A DNA stretch of 64,000 nucleotides from Kiritimatiellia bacterium (lineage in GTDB: Bacteria; Verrucomicrobiota; Kiritimatiellia; RFP12; UBA1067), in contig JAZSOG010000011.1 of the NCBI GenBank assembly GCA_045536845.1, forward strand, positions 34,172-98,171, in the 5' to 3' direction. Below, one piece after another: positions 36,934 through 45,500 of the stretch. The stretch's first letter is position 1, and each line of letters opens with the position of its first letter. A program made the translations under genes and the position numbers. A model generated the notes under the pieces. It was given only the letters and a program-made list of their open reading frames with translations. It was not told where the DNA came from and ran no database searches.

Positions 36934-38118
36934 CTAACGTTCTTTGACTGCGCCTGCCACCCGTCTTATGTAAGAGCCGAACATCGGCACCGTGTAGGCT
37001 ACCGTACCGAGCGAAGGGGAATATATCATGCCCTTCTTGATCAAGGATCGCCGCATCATCGAAAGGGAATTTGCCGTCCTGCCCATCCGCACGGCAATGT
37101 CCGCCATCGACTGCGGCTTCTCGGGCACGCCGTCTGCCATCGCCATGAGAAACTTCTGCTCGGCAGCCGACACCCTGTCAAACCGCACCTCAAAGAAGCT
37201 CCTGTCGAGACTCTTTATCACCTGCGGCAATATCGACTTCACGTCGCTCGCCACAATCGGCGACCGCTCCGCATGCTGCCACACCTGATATCCGCATTCC
37301 TGGAGGAAGAAGGGATATCCCGCCGATGCCTTGAAAATCTCTGCAAAGGCGGCATTCTCCACTGCAATGCCATTGTCCTCGAACGGCTTCACTATGGCCG
37401 CCCACGACGCATCTTCATCCAATGCCCCAATCGGCTCGTAGACAAACATCCGCTCGGCGTATGTCTTGCTTTTCCCTACCAGCGTGCGGACCGTAGGAAG
37501 GCCGGAGCCGATCAAATACAGCGGAAGAAGCTCCTGCGCCGAACGATGAAGCGCCACGATAATGCCGCGCATAGCCTCTTCGTCCAAATTCTGAAGTTCG
37601 TCGATGTACAGACCGACCGCAGTCGAGGAAACCTTAGCAACGCGAGCTGTTGCGAGCAGTACCTGCGATAGATCAAGTTCCATGTTGCCAGACTCGCCTA
37701 TACCTCTATGAAGTTCAACCGACACGCCTACGTCGCCTATGTTGAGGGAGAACTTCCTGACAAAGTTTCCCAGAACCGCAAACGCCTCCTGGACACAGCC
37801 CTTCATCTTGCACTTGAAGTCAAGCGTGTATAAGGCCTCCTTAAGTTTCTGGGCAATATCCTCCAAGTCGCTTTTATCGCTTCTGATTTCCGATATCACG
37901 GAAATAATCCCGTTGTCTTTAGCCCGTTCAGACAGGTACTTCAAAAGAACAGTCTTGCCGACACCACGCTGGCCTATCAGCATCAAACCTCGCTCTGCAC
38001 GCTGAAGCTTCGCGCGCATCGCAACGACTTGTCCGTCCTCTATGACCTGATTCCTCCCTGCCAATTCTGGCGGCAAGTACCCAGCCCCAGGGGTGAATGG
38101 ATTTCTGATTCTGTCCAT
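36934..38118 (-). CDS. AAA/STAND-like ATPase with C-terminal winged-helix-like domain (Arch_ATPase/ORC-Cdc6-like ATP-binding protein)
   Basis: NPFTPGAGYLPPELAGR..., Walker A GQRGVGKTVLLKYL and Walker B GLYIDELQNL. The C-terminal region KFLMAMADG...MADIAVRMGRTANSLSMMRRSLIKKGMIY looks like a wHTH. Confidence 0.8.
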   Translation of the reverse strand: MDRIRNPFTPGAGYLPPELAGRNQVIEDGQVVAMRAKLQRAERGLMLIGQRGVGKTVLLKYLSERAKDNGIISVISEIRSDKSDLEDIAQKLKEALYTLDFKCKMKGCVQEAFAVLGNFVRKFSLNIGDVGVSVELHRGIGESGNMELDLSQVLLATARVAKVSSTAVGLYIDELQNLDEEAMRGIIVALHRSAQELLPLYLIGSGLPTVRTLVGKSKTYAERMFVYEPIGALDEDASWAAIVKPFEDNGIAVENAAFAEIFKASAGYPFFLQECGYQVWQHAERSPIVASDVKSILPQVIKSLDRSFFEVRFDRVSAAEQKFLMAMADGVPEKPQSMADIAVRMGRTANSLSMMRRSLIKKGMIYSPSLGTVAYTVPMFGSYIRRVAGAVKER

Positions 38119-38140
38119 TGACTTATACCTTTCAATAATA

Positions 38141-38176
38141 GCGAATAAGCGATTTTTTGATTTTTTACTTATTCGC
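38141..38176. repeat. inverted repeat GCGAATAAG-N18-CTTATTCGC in the AT-rich region just upstream of the ATPase start
   Basis: Read directly at 38141..38149 and 38168..38176. Confidence 0.6.
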
Positions 38177-38381
38177 CATTATTATACATTATTATCCGCT
38201 TAGTTGACAAGGGGGGGCGGGTCCATCTGGGCGCTCGTCTCACTTTGCCGCACATACGGACACGCGAACTGGGTCTACGAACTTGCGCCGGAAGAGCAGA
38301 TCGACCACCACATCGCGCAAATCACGCACAAGGAGCGCAAGCGCGCATCGCGGAGATCACCAAAGGGAAACGAGGTGCCAC

Positions 38382-38567
38382 ATGTATAGACGAGTTGCCG
38401 CCATTGACGTCTTCCTGTGGGGACACCATGTTGGAAGGATCGCACCTGACTTTGGATCATATTACCAGTTCCAGTATGATCCGTCTTTCGTCCGGACGGG
38501 GATCCAGATTGCGCCGTTCCAGATGCCGCTGCAGAAACAAATATACAAAGCCGTTGACGCGCATTGA
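38382..38567 (+). pseudogene. hipA: truncated hipA (N-terminal about 60 codons of a HipA-family kinase toxin), preceded by a degraded antitoxin tail
   Basis: MYRRVAAIDVFLWGHHVGRIAPDFGSYYQFQYDPSFVRTGIQIAPFQMPL matches the HipA N-terminal coupling domain pattern (..V.L.G..VG.L......F.Y......ISP..MPL). It stops after about 61 codons. The upstream ORF (38204..38389) ends ...EVPHV* with its TAG overlapping the ATG, and another frame reads ..LGARLTLP, like an XRE-antitoxin C-terminus. Confidence 0.6.
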
Positions 38568-38607
38568 CACACATTGTCCTTGCTCTCCTTTGCCCCCTAA
38601 ACTATCG

Positions 38608-41388
38608 TCACCTGGCCGCGAGCTCGTAGACCATCGTCGGGGCGTTTGCACCTTCGCCGGCGGCAATCTTGGCGGTGAAGCGGTAGACGCCACCCTCGTA
38701 GACCGCGGGAACCTGGCGGAGACGCGTGCCGTCCGACGCGACCGCCCAGACCTTGAGGCCCTTGTTTGAATTCTTCAGAGCAATCTTCGCTTCGCCGGCC
38801 GCGGCGAGATAGGGAAGCGCGCCCCAGTTCGTCATCTCCGTTCTGCCAGCGCTCTTGAACTCCGCGCCCGAGTTGAGGACGTCCGTGAGATGGAAGATCA
38901 CGACGCGCTTCGACGACGCAAGCGGCGCGCCGTCCATCGACGAGGCGGATACGCAGCAGAACGCGGTCACGCCCGAGACGGCGAGCGGACCCGCCGCGAG
39001 GTCGGACTTCTTGATCGAGCATACGCCCGCCGTGCGCGGCGTGGAGACCTTGAGCGTCCCCTTGTTGTAGTCGATCGAAAGCTCGCGCGTTTCCGAGACG
39101 CCCGCTTTGTTGAATGCGGGTATCTCGCCCTTGTTCGACGCTGTATAGATCTTGTCCACGTGCAGCGCGGGCTTCTTCCCCCCGTCCGCGACGAACGAGC
39201 CGATGCGGCAGATGTGCCCGAGCTCGGTGAACGGCAGCGGGAAGAGACCCCTCGACCACATGTCGCCGAGTCCGCCGCCGAAAGCCTCCGCCGCGGTGAC
39301 GCCGTAGGCCGCCGTCCCCTTCGCGGGCGCGGCGTCGCGGCGTCCGAAGAGTAGGACGGCCTGGCGCTCGGTGAGCTGGGAGAGCGGATCGGTTACCATA
39401 TCAAAGCCTTTCGACGGACTCGGCTTAAACATGTTGCCCTTGTCGTGACTCCACGCAAAGCGGTAGATGCCGTCCCAGTCCTGGAGCGAGGCGTAGGCGC
39501 CCATCATGAGTCCGCCTTCCGCGCGCCACTGGTTGGGGTTGCAGAAGTTCCACTCCGAGACGGTGAACGGCTTTCCGAATACGCGCGTACACGCCATCAT
39601 GATCGGCAGCGAGTACGCGGCGCTTCCGTTCTTGAGGTTCGCCTGGTTGTTGAAGCGCATCACCACGTTGCCGGAGTTGCCGTGGTAGATGTCGGCGTAC
39701 TGATGGTTGTCTACGACCTCGAGCGCCTCGCGCTCGTAAGTCTGGCCCATGTTCTCCCACCAGTTGCCGCCCGAGATGAGCGTCTTCACGCCCGCGTCCT
39801 TAAGCCGCTTCGACATACGGCGGTTCGCGTTCGCCTTAACCTCGTAAAGAAACTCGGCGAACTCCTTGCGCCTGCCGATGTCCTTCTTCTCGTACTGCGG
39901 ATAGCCCTTCCCCTTCGCCCACTCGTTGTACTTCTTGACGTAGACGTCTTCCGCACCTGACCAGACGGACGCGATGGAGTCCTCGTTGAGGAGCGTGACG
40001 AAAAGGACGGCCGGATCGTCCTTCCACTTTATCCCCGTGTATGGGTTCACGTGGTCGAAGAGTTCCATCGAGCGCTTGAACCACAGGTCCTCGGCGGGCT
40101 TGTGGATCGGGACGATCGCCTTGATGGTGCCGCAGTGAAGCGGCTTGTCGAAGCCCTCGCAACTTCCGTAGCTGCCCATCGCGTAGAGATCGAAGGTTAT
40201 GTAGACGCCCGCCTTCTTGCATGCCGCGACGAGGTAGTCGAGCTGGTCGAGACGCTGCGGAGAGATGGTCGGCCATGTACGACGGTTCCAGATGTCGTTC
40301 CATTCCTCCTTCGTGATCGTGACGTCGAGGTGGTGGAGGCGTATTGTGTTCCATCCGCGCATCACGAAGTCGCGCACCGCGCGGTCCGCTTCATCTTTCG
40401 AGAGGAAGTTCGCGCTGAAGCAGAGATTGCCGCCGACGAAGCGTCGCGGCGTCCTCTTCGCATCCTTCTCGAAGACGAAATGCCCCTCCGGCGACACGCG
40501 CGCGAAGCCGTACGCGCCCGCGGGCTCGTCGTGGCGCGTGACCTTCGAGAAGTCGAGGATCGTGCCAGGCTTGACGTCGTTCGTCCACGGGAACTTCACC
40601 CACTTGTCTCCCGCGGCGAGCTTCAGGGGCGGAGGCGGAAGCCCGAGCTTTACGCTGCCGCTCGCCCTTCCGAGCGAATCGGCGAAGACGCCCTGCACCT
40701 CGAACTCGACGGTCGAGCGCGCGGCGTTCTTCGCGTCCGGGAACTCGATGCGCAGCTCGAAGAGCTCCTTCTTGTCCTTTCGCGCGTCGGCGAGGACGGC
40801 GTTTCCGGAGACGACGGACACCCTCAGCTTCTTCTTCCCGCCCTTAGAGGCGATCTCGATGCGGCTTTTGTCACCAAGCCCCAGGAACTCCTTCCCGTAG
40901 GCCGCCGGAAGCTTCGCGCCGCCGGCCGTTCCCTCCGCGAAGTCGTTCACTGGCAGCGGGAAGCACAGGTACGCGCGCTCGAGCTTCAGCGGCGCGCCGT
41001 CCGTGGAGGAGAGCGTCCAGCGGACGTGCACCTTGGCAGCGTCGCCCTTAGTGACGTCGAAGAACTCCTCGCGGATCGCGATGCCGCGTCCGCCCGGCCA
41101 CATCTTCGCCGTGTGGAGAAGGCCCTTGCCGAACTTCGGATCGTCGACGGTGGACTTCTTGTGCTCCTTCGCGGCGTAGTCCTGCGCGGCGAACTGCCAG
41201 CCCGGGCCGAACACTATGAAGTTGACAAATCCCCATTCGACCTTGGGATCGTTCCGGATGATCCCCTCGACCTGGGGAAGCCCGCGCCCCTCAACTCCGA
41301 TCGTCGCGTACGTGTCTGCGAAAACCGCCGTAGCAGCTGACAGCGTGGCGGCCGCAACAGCCGAAACAATCATGCACCTTATCTTCAT
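38608..41388 (-). CDS. secreted glycoside-hydrolase-like protein (clan GH-A TIM-barrel type), paralog of <1..2703
   Basis: Start set at ATG 41388 (MKIRCMIVSAVAAATLSAATAVFA), preceded by GGAGGGAG. NTIRLHHLDVTI, VTLLNEDS (NE acid/base-like) and FTVSEWNFCNP (nucleophile-like) fit a (beta/alpha)8 clan GH-A enzyme. Lies 50 nt downstream of the 1303-aa gene. Confidence 0.8.
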   Translation of the reverse strand: MKIRCMIVSAVAAATLSAATAVFADTYATIGVEGRGLPQVEGIIRNDPKVEWGFVNFIVFGPGWQFAAQDYAAKEHKKSTVDDPKFGKGLLHTAKMWPGGRGIAIREEFFDVTKGDAAKVHVRWTLSSTDGAPLKLERAYLCFPLPVNDFAEGTAGGAKLPAAYGKEFLGLGDKSRIEIASKGGKKKLRVSVVSGNAVLADARKDKKELFELRIEFPDAKNAARSTVEFEVQGVFADSLGRASGSVKLGLPPPPLKLAAGDKWVKFPWTNDVKPGTILDFSKVTRHDEPAGAYGFARVSPEGHFVFEKDAKRTPRRFVGGNLCFSANFLSKDEADRAVRDFVMRGWNTIRLHHLDVTITKEEWNDIWNRRTWPTISPQRLDQLDYLVAACKKAGVYITFDLYAMGSYGSCEGFDKPLHCGTIKAIVPIHKPAEDLWFKRSMELFDHVNPYTGIKWKDDPAVLFVTLLNEDSIASVWSGAEDVYVKKYNEWAKGKGYPQYEKKDIGRRKEFAEFLYEVKANANRRMSKRLKDAGVKTLISGGNWWENMGQTYEREALEVVDNHQYADIYHGNSGNVVMRFNNQANLKNGSAAYSLPIMMACTRVFGKPFTVSEWNFCNPNQWRAEGGLMMGAYASLQDWDGIYRFAWSHDKGNMFKPSPSKGFDMVTDPLSQLTERQAVLLFGRRDAAPAKGTAAYGVTAAEAFGGGLGDMWSRGLFPLPFTELGHICRIGSFVADGGKKPALHVDKIYTASNKGEIPAFNKAGVSETRELSIDYNKGTLKVSTPRTAGVCSIKKSDLAAGPLAVSGVTAFCCVSASSMDGAPLASSKRVVIFHLTDVLNSGAEFKSAGRTEMTNWGALPYLAAAGEAKIALKNSNKGLKVWAVASDGTRLRQVPAVYEGGVYRFTAKIAAGEGANAPTMVYELAAR

Positions 41389-41457
41389 TTCTCCCTCCGT
41401 TATCAAAGCCGATTAATTCACGCTGCGGCGCTGCGAGTTCAACCACTCTGCACGCAA

Positions 41458-44400
41458 TTATCTGACAATCAACTGAAAACCGCCACCCGTCACGATAAGT
41501 TTACCGCCAGCGCCTTCAGCCGTGTCAACGAGATAGTCTGCCAGCGTTCCTTCTCCGATCTCAATCTTCGATCCCGCGGCGTATGTGCCTGGCGCGAGCT
41601 TCACGCCATTGACCTTCGCAGACCTGACCGTGAATGTCTTGCCGTTGAGATCAAGCACAGTGCCAGAGTCCATTTCGAGCACCGACATCCTGAGACCTGC
41701 GAAGAGCTTCACCCTTGCAGCCGCCTCGGTCTTGAGCGATGCCTTGCGGAAATCGTCCGTCTCGCCACCGGCCTTGACGGAAGGAATCGCCGTGAACGCG
41801 ACATTGTTCGCCGTGTTGCCGGTGTTGCGGATGACAATCGTGCCCGCACCTTCCGCCTGGTTCGCCGTCTGGAGGTAGATCGAGCCGGCGGACGAAGAGC
41901 GGTCAGCGGCAAACTTGGACGTGTAGTAGCCTTTGGCGTTGATCTTTGTCAACCAGGCATCGGAGAACGTTTCGCCCGCGCCCGTGAGGCGCACGGCGAT
42001 GCGCCCGCCGCCGCTTGAATTGCCGGAATCATCCTCAGAATAGTTGCGCGAATTGCCGTTCGCCTCAATGCGCCCAGCACCTTCAAGACGTCCGGCGGTG
42101 ATGTCGATCGATCCCGGCGCGCCGGAACGAGCGTCCGCAACGATCGGTGTCGCGCTTGCGACGCCGTCCAGCGTCAGCGTTCCGCCGACCACGAGGCGGA
42201 TTGCCCCGCCGCCGACGTTGACGCGGCCGTTGTCGGCGCCGAACGTGCCGGGATGGCGCGGGCGGAAGAACGAGTCGTAGGCAACATTCGACGTCGACCT
42301 TCCGCACTGTCCGCCATGGCAGGAGGTGCTTCCGCCGCCAACAGTCGCGGCACCGGTCGCGATGTAGCCGCCGCGGACGGCGCGCAGATACGAACTCGAT
42401 GCGACGTGCATGTCGCCGGAGACGGCAAGGCCGCAGGTTCGCACATTATTCGATGTGTCGGAGTAGAGCAGTAGCGTTCCCACGCCTGCCCCATTCGTGA
42501 CGACAAGGTTGCCGTCTAGCGCGAAGTCCTTAGGCTCGAATATCCACTTGCCGGAAATCGTGTGCGTCGCCGCGCTCGGCAGCAGGAGCGTGCCGCCGTC
42601 GACGATCAGGCCCGTTTCGTCGAGCGTGTTGCCGGTCGAGGAAACGGACGCGAGGCCGCCGCGCAGGTCGAGCGTCGTTCCGGTCGGAACCTCGAGGATG
42701 GCGTTCGCGCCGAAGACGATTTCGTCGAGGACCCACGTCTGACCCGCCGGGATGCGCGTGAGCTGGTTGGGCTTCGGGCGATATGCGTACATCCCGTACT
42801 TGTTCGTCCGGTCGCGGAGATACAGGACGCCGTTGGGCTTGAGCGGCGAGCGAACGAGAATCGTGCCGACGCTGCCGACCTTTGCGTAGGACGATACGCC
42901 GCCAAGCGCCGTAAGGTTCGCGTCCGGGAGACCGAGTTCACCGTTCGTGATGAGGACGGAGACGCGACCTCCGGCACCGGAGTTCTGGTTGGAGCCGGAA
43001 CTCGTGTTCGTGCAGTCCGCGGAGATCTTGCCCGATCCGGACAGCGTCGCGGTCTTAAGATAGACGGCGCCGCCCGAGCCGGAATAGCCGTTCCACTGTC
43101 CCCATGCGGAGACGCTGTCGGAACGGATCGAGCCGTCGAGTTGTGTACCGCCCGTGACCTCAATCCAGACCGCGCCGCCGGCAGGGGCGTTGTATGTATT
43201 GTCAGCCGCCGGACTTGAACCGACGCCGTACGGCTCGGTCAGACTGCCCCAGGAGAGTCCGCCGTCGTAGCTTCCGCCGTAGGCGCCGGCGCCTGTTCCG
43301 GAGTGAGGTCCATAGGCACCCTTGCCGGTGGCGTGGATCTGCGCGCCGGACGCGACTGCCAGGTTTCCGCCGACATCGATGCGCAGACGGTAGTAGTCTT
43401 CCTTGTTCGTGGCGTTGTGCGCCTTGTGAGTTACCTTGCCTGAAGCAATAGTCATGTCGCCGGAAACGGTCAGACAGGTAAAGCCACCCTTCTCCGGGAA
43501 TACGGTATCGACCGTGACCGTGCCGGTGTAACCATTCGTCTGCGTCCAGGAGGCGACCGTCGGCGTCGCGGCGGCGTCCCACTCGCAGTTCGCCGTCGAG
43601 AATCGCCCGTCGAAAAGAATGTTGTCGGACGCGGCAGGTGCGACGCCCTTGGACCAGTTGGAGCCTTCCGACGCGAGGCCGTCCGCCGTCGCAATCCATG
43701 TGTTGTAGCCAGCGGGGGCAGTGAGATTGACGAGCGTCAGCGTTGCAGACGTGACGGCAGGCATCTCGTAGTTACCTGCAGCAAGCGTCACGGTAATTGC
43801 GATGTCCTCGGTGACAGCGGAGTCAAGGATCGGCGCGACAAGTAGGTATCCTGTCGTTTCGCCAGCCGGTATTGTGACGGCGGTCGGTGCGTCCCATGTC
43901 GTTCCCTCGGCGGCTCCGACAGCGGAAGAGGAAATCGTGTAGTTCACCGTGAGCGGGAACGGGTCGTCGTTGGCACGCGAAACTGCAACCTTGCCGGCGA
44001 CAAGACCGTTCTCGTTCGCGTCCGTCGTCGCACCAAGAGAGAGTTCTCCCGTGTAGAACGTTCCGACGACCTTCTCGGCCGTGTCGCTGGCGTTCGTCGC
44101 AAGAATTGTCGCCTGCCAGGTCGTGTCCGCCGAAAGTCCGGAGATTGTCCATGTCGCAGAGTTTCCTTCGGCAACGGACTGCCAGCCGTTAGTCGAGACT
44201 GTCTCGCCATCCGATAGAATGTACGAGAGATCGGCGGCGTTGGCGTCCTCGGTCGCAGAGAGCGAGTAGGCGAGTGCACCAGTGCGGGAGAGGGAGACTG
44301 TTCCAAGATCGGGGGATTCGGTGTTGATGTAGAAGAACTCGAGCTCGTCGATTTGAATGTAGGAATCGCTCTCGTCCTGGTTCGCCGTAACCGCGAAACG

Positions 44401-45369
44401 ATAGGAGTCATAGGCGGTGTTGTTCTGGAACTCATAGTAACGGCTTTCGAGCGACGACCACCCAGTTTCCGACGATTGCGCGTCGAGGACGGCCCACATG
44501 ACGTCCTCCGCGTTCTTCGCCTCAAACGTCCAGGTCTTCGGCATGCGCTTGTCGTAGAAGTAGGGGGTCGTGCTCGGGCAGTACACCTTGTAGGCGTTGA
44601 CGACCGTCGGGGAGTCGAAGGTGTAGATCCAGTCCACGGTCGTGCCGCTGTGGATGGAGCGGTCGTCGTTGTTGTGGGCTGTTCCGTTGTCGAAGGCGTT
44701 TTTCGCGGGCTTCACCCAGTCGCCGGTGGTGGTCGTCGTAACGGCGCCGTTCGGATTCGTGAGATCCGTGAGGACAAATCCGGTGTCGCAGAGGAACTGG
44801 ATTTCGTAGATCTGCAGGTAGGAGTTCGAGCCGAGAATCTCCGTACAGCTGAACTTGTAGTATTCGTAAGCCGTCTCGTTTTCAAAGTGGAAAGACTTCA
44901 TCACGTCTCCGACGGGCCAAGTCACGCTCGAGCGCGCGTCAAGCTGCGTCCATGTCGAGCCGTCGTTCGAACCGTGGAAAGTCCACGCCTTCGGCGAGCG
45001 TTTGTTCGATTCATTTGCGTTTTTGATTCGAATACGGAGGATGTTGACCTTCGTCGGGGCGTTGAACTTATAGACAAGGTACATCGGATTGCTGGTCGTC
45101 TCCGCAAGCCATCTGCAGTCATCGCTGCTCCAGTTGCCGTCAAAGGCGTGATCGGCCGTGTAAGGGCTAAGCGTCGGGGATGACTCGACGACAGCACCGG
45201 CGGAGGCTGAGGTGTCGACGAGCAGTTGGTCGGGCGGCGTAGTTGCCGCGGCGCGCGCTTCGAGCGCGGCGAGCGCACACACGAGAAATGCCGCCGTTAG
45301 CGGGAATATTCCGCGTGCGAAACGCGATTTCAGAATCGAACCGGAAACTTCGGTATATTTCATTGCCAT
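41458..45369 (-). CDS. giant secreted surface protein (1303 aa): two F5/8 type C (discoidin/CBM32-like) domains, FN3-like + Calx-beta module, parallel beta-helix, C-terminal tail ...GGGFQLIVR
   Basis: Discoidin-type blocks YTADHAFDGNWSSDDCRWLAE...MYLVYKF..VNILRIRIKN...WTFHGSNDGSTWTQLD, and a second copy ..AKNAFDNGTAHNNDDRSIHSG..WIYTF. Calx-beta block VAVSRANDDPFPLTVNYTISSS. Signal peptide MAMKYTEVSGSILKSRFARGIFPLTAAFLVCALAALEARA. Confidence 0.85.
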   Translation of the reverse strand: MAMKYTEVSGSILKSRFARGIFPLTAAFLVCALAALEARAAATTPPDQLLVDTSASAGAVVESSPTLSPYTADHAFDGNWSSDDCRWLAETTSNPMYLVYKFNAPTKVNILRIRIKNANESNKRSPKAWTFHGSNDGSTWTQLDARSSVTWPVGDVMKSFHFENETAYEYYKFSCTEILGSNSYLQIYEIQFLCDTGFVLTDLTNPNGAVTTTTTGDWVKPAKNAFDNGTAHNNDDRSIHSGTTVDWIYTFDSPTVVNAYKVYCPSTTPYFYDKRMPKTWTFEAKNAEDVMWAVLDAQSSETGWSSLESRYYEFQNNTAYDSYRFAVTANQDESDSYIQIDELEFFYINTESPDLGTVSLSRTGALAYSLSATEDANAADLSYILSDGETVSTNGWQSVAEGNSATWTISGLSADTTWQATILATNASDTAEKVVGTFYTGELSLGATTDANENGLVAGKVAVSRANDDPFPLTVNYTISSSAVGAAEGTTWDAPTAVTIPAGETTGYLLVAPILDSAVTEDIAITVTLAAGNYEMPAVTSATLTLVNLTAPAGYNTWIATADGLASEGSNWSKGVAPAASDNILFDGRFSTANCEWDAAATPTVASWTQTNGYTGTVTVDTVFPEKGGFTCLTVSGDMTIASGKVTHKAHNATNKEDYYRLRIDVGGNLAVASGAQIHATGKGAYGPHSGTGAGAYGGSYDGGLSWGSLTEPYGVGSSPAADNTYNAPAGGAVWIEVTGGTQLDGSIRSDSVSAWGQWNGYSGSGGAVYLKTATLSGSGKISADCTNTSSGSNQNSGAGGRVSVLITNGELGLPDANLTALGGVSSYAKVGSVGTILVRSPLKPNGVLYLRDRTNKYGMYAYRPKPNQLTRIPAGQTWVLDEIVFGANAILEVPTGTTLDLRGGLASVSSTGNTLDETGLIVDGGTLLLPSAATHTISGKWIFEPKDFALDGNLVVTNGAGVGTLLLYSDTSNNVRTCGLAVSGDMHVASSSYLRAVRGGYIATGAATVGGGSTSCHGGQCGRSTSNVAYDSFFRPRHPGTFGADNGRVNVGGGAIRLVVGGTLTLDGVASATPIVADARSGAPGSIDITAGRLEGAGRIEANGNSRNYSEDDSGNSSGGGRIAVRLTGAGETFSDAWLTKINAKGYYTSKFAADRSSSAGSIYLQTANQAEGAGTIVIRNTGNTANNVAFTAIPSVKAGGETDDFRKASLKTEAAARVKLFAGLRMSVLEMDSGTVLDLNGKTFTVRSAKVNGVKLAPGTYAAGSKIEIGEGTLADYLVDTAEGAGGKLIVTGGGFQLIVR

Positions 45370-45500
45370 TCCCCTTAGTGCATCGTTTCGCTTCTGGCGA
45401 TATTATACCACTTCGGACAAATATCGTCAATGACCTGAACCATCGTCAGATGACATTCTAACAAAACGAGGCAGGGATAGGAATATACAAAAGTATATTC
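45370..45500 (-). promoter_or_regulatory. conserved promoter/leader cassette, copy C: palindrome GAATATAC-AAAA-GTATATTC 45481..45500; P1 TAGAAT 45455..45460; P2 TTGACG (45425..45430), 17 nt, TATAAT (45402..45407)
   Basis: Read directly. The distal palindrome arm overlaps the stop codon of the upstream beta-helix gene (45499..45501). Confidence 0.6.

Noticed and set aside
38122-38127. TATAAG box 3 nt upstream of the ATPase ATG at 38118 as a fourth leaderless promoter
   Set aside because: The spacing (3 nt) does not match the 6-nt geometry of the other three cases and would put the start site inside the coding region. It is left unassigned.
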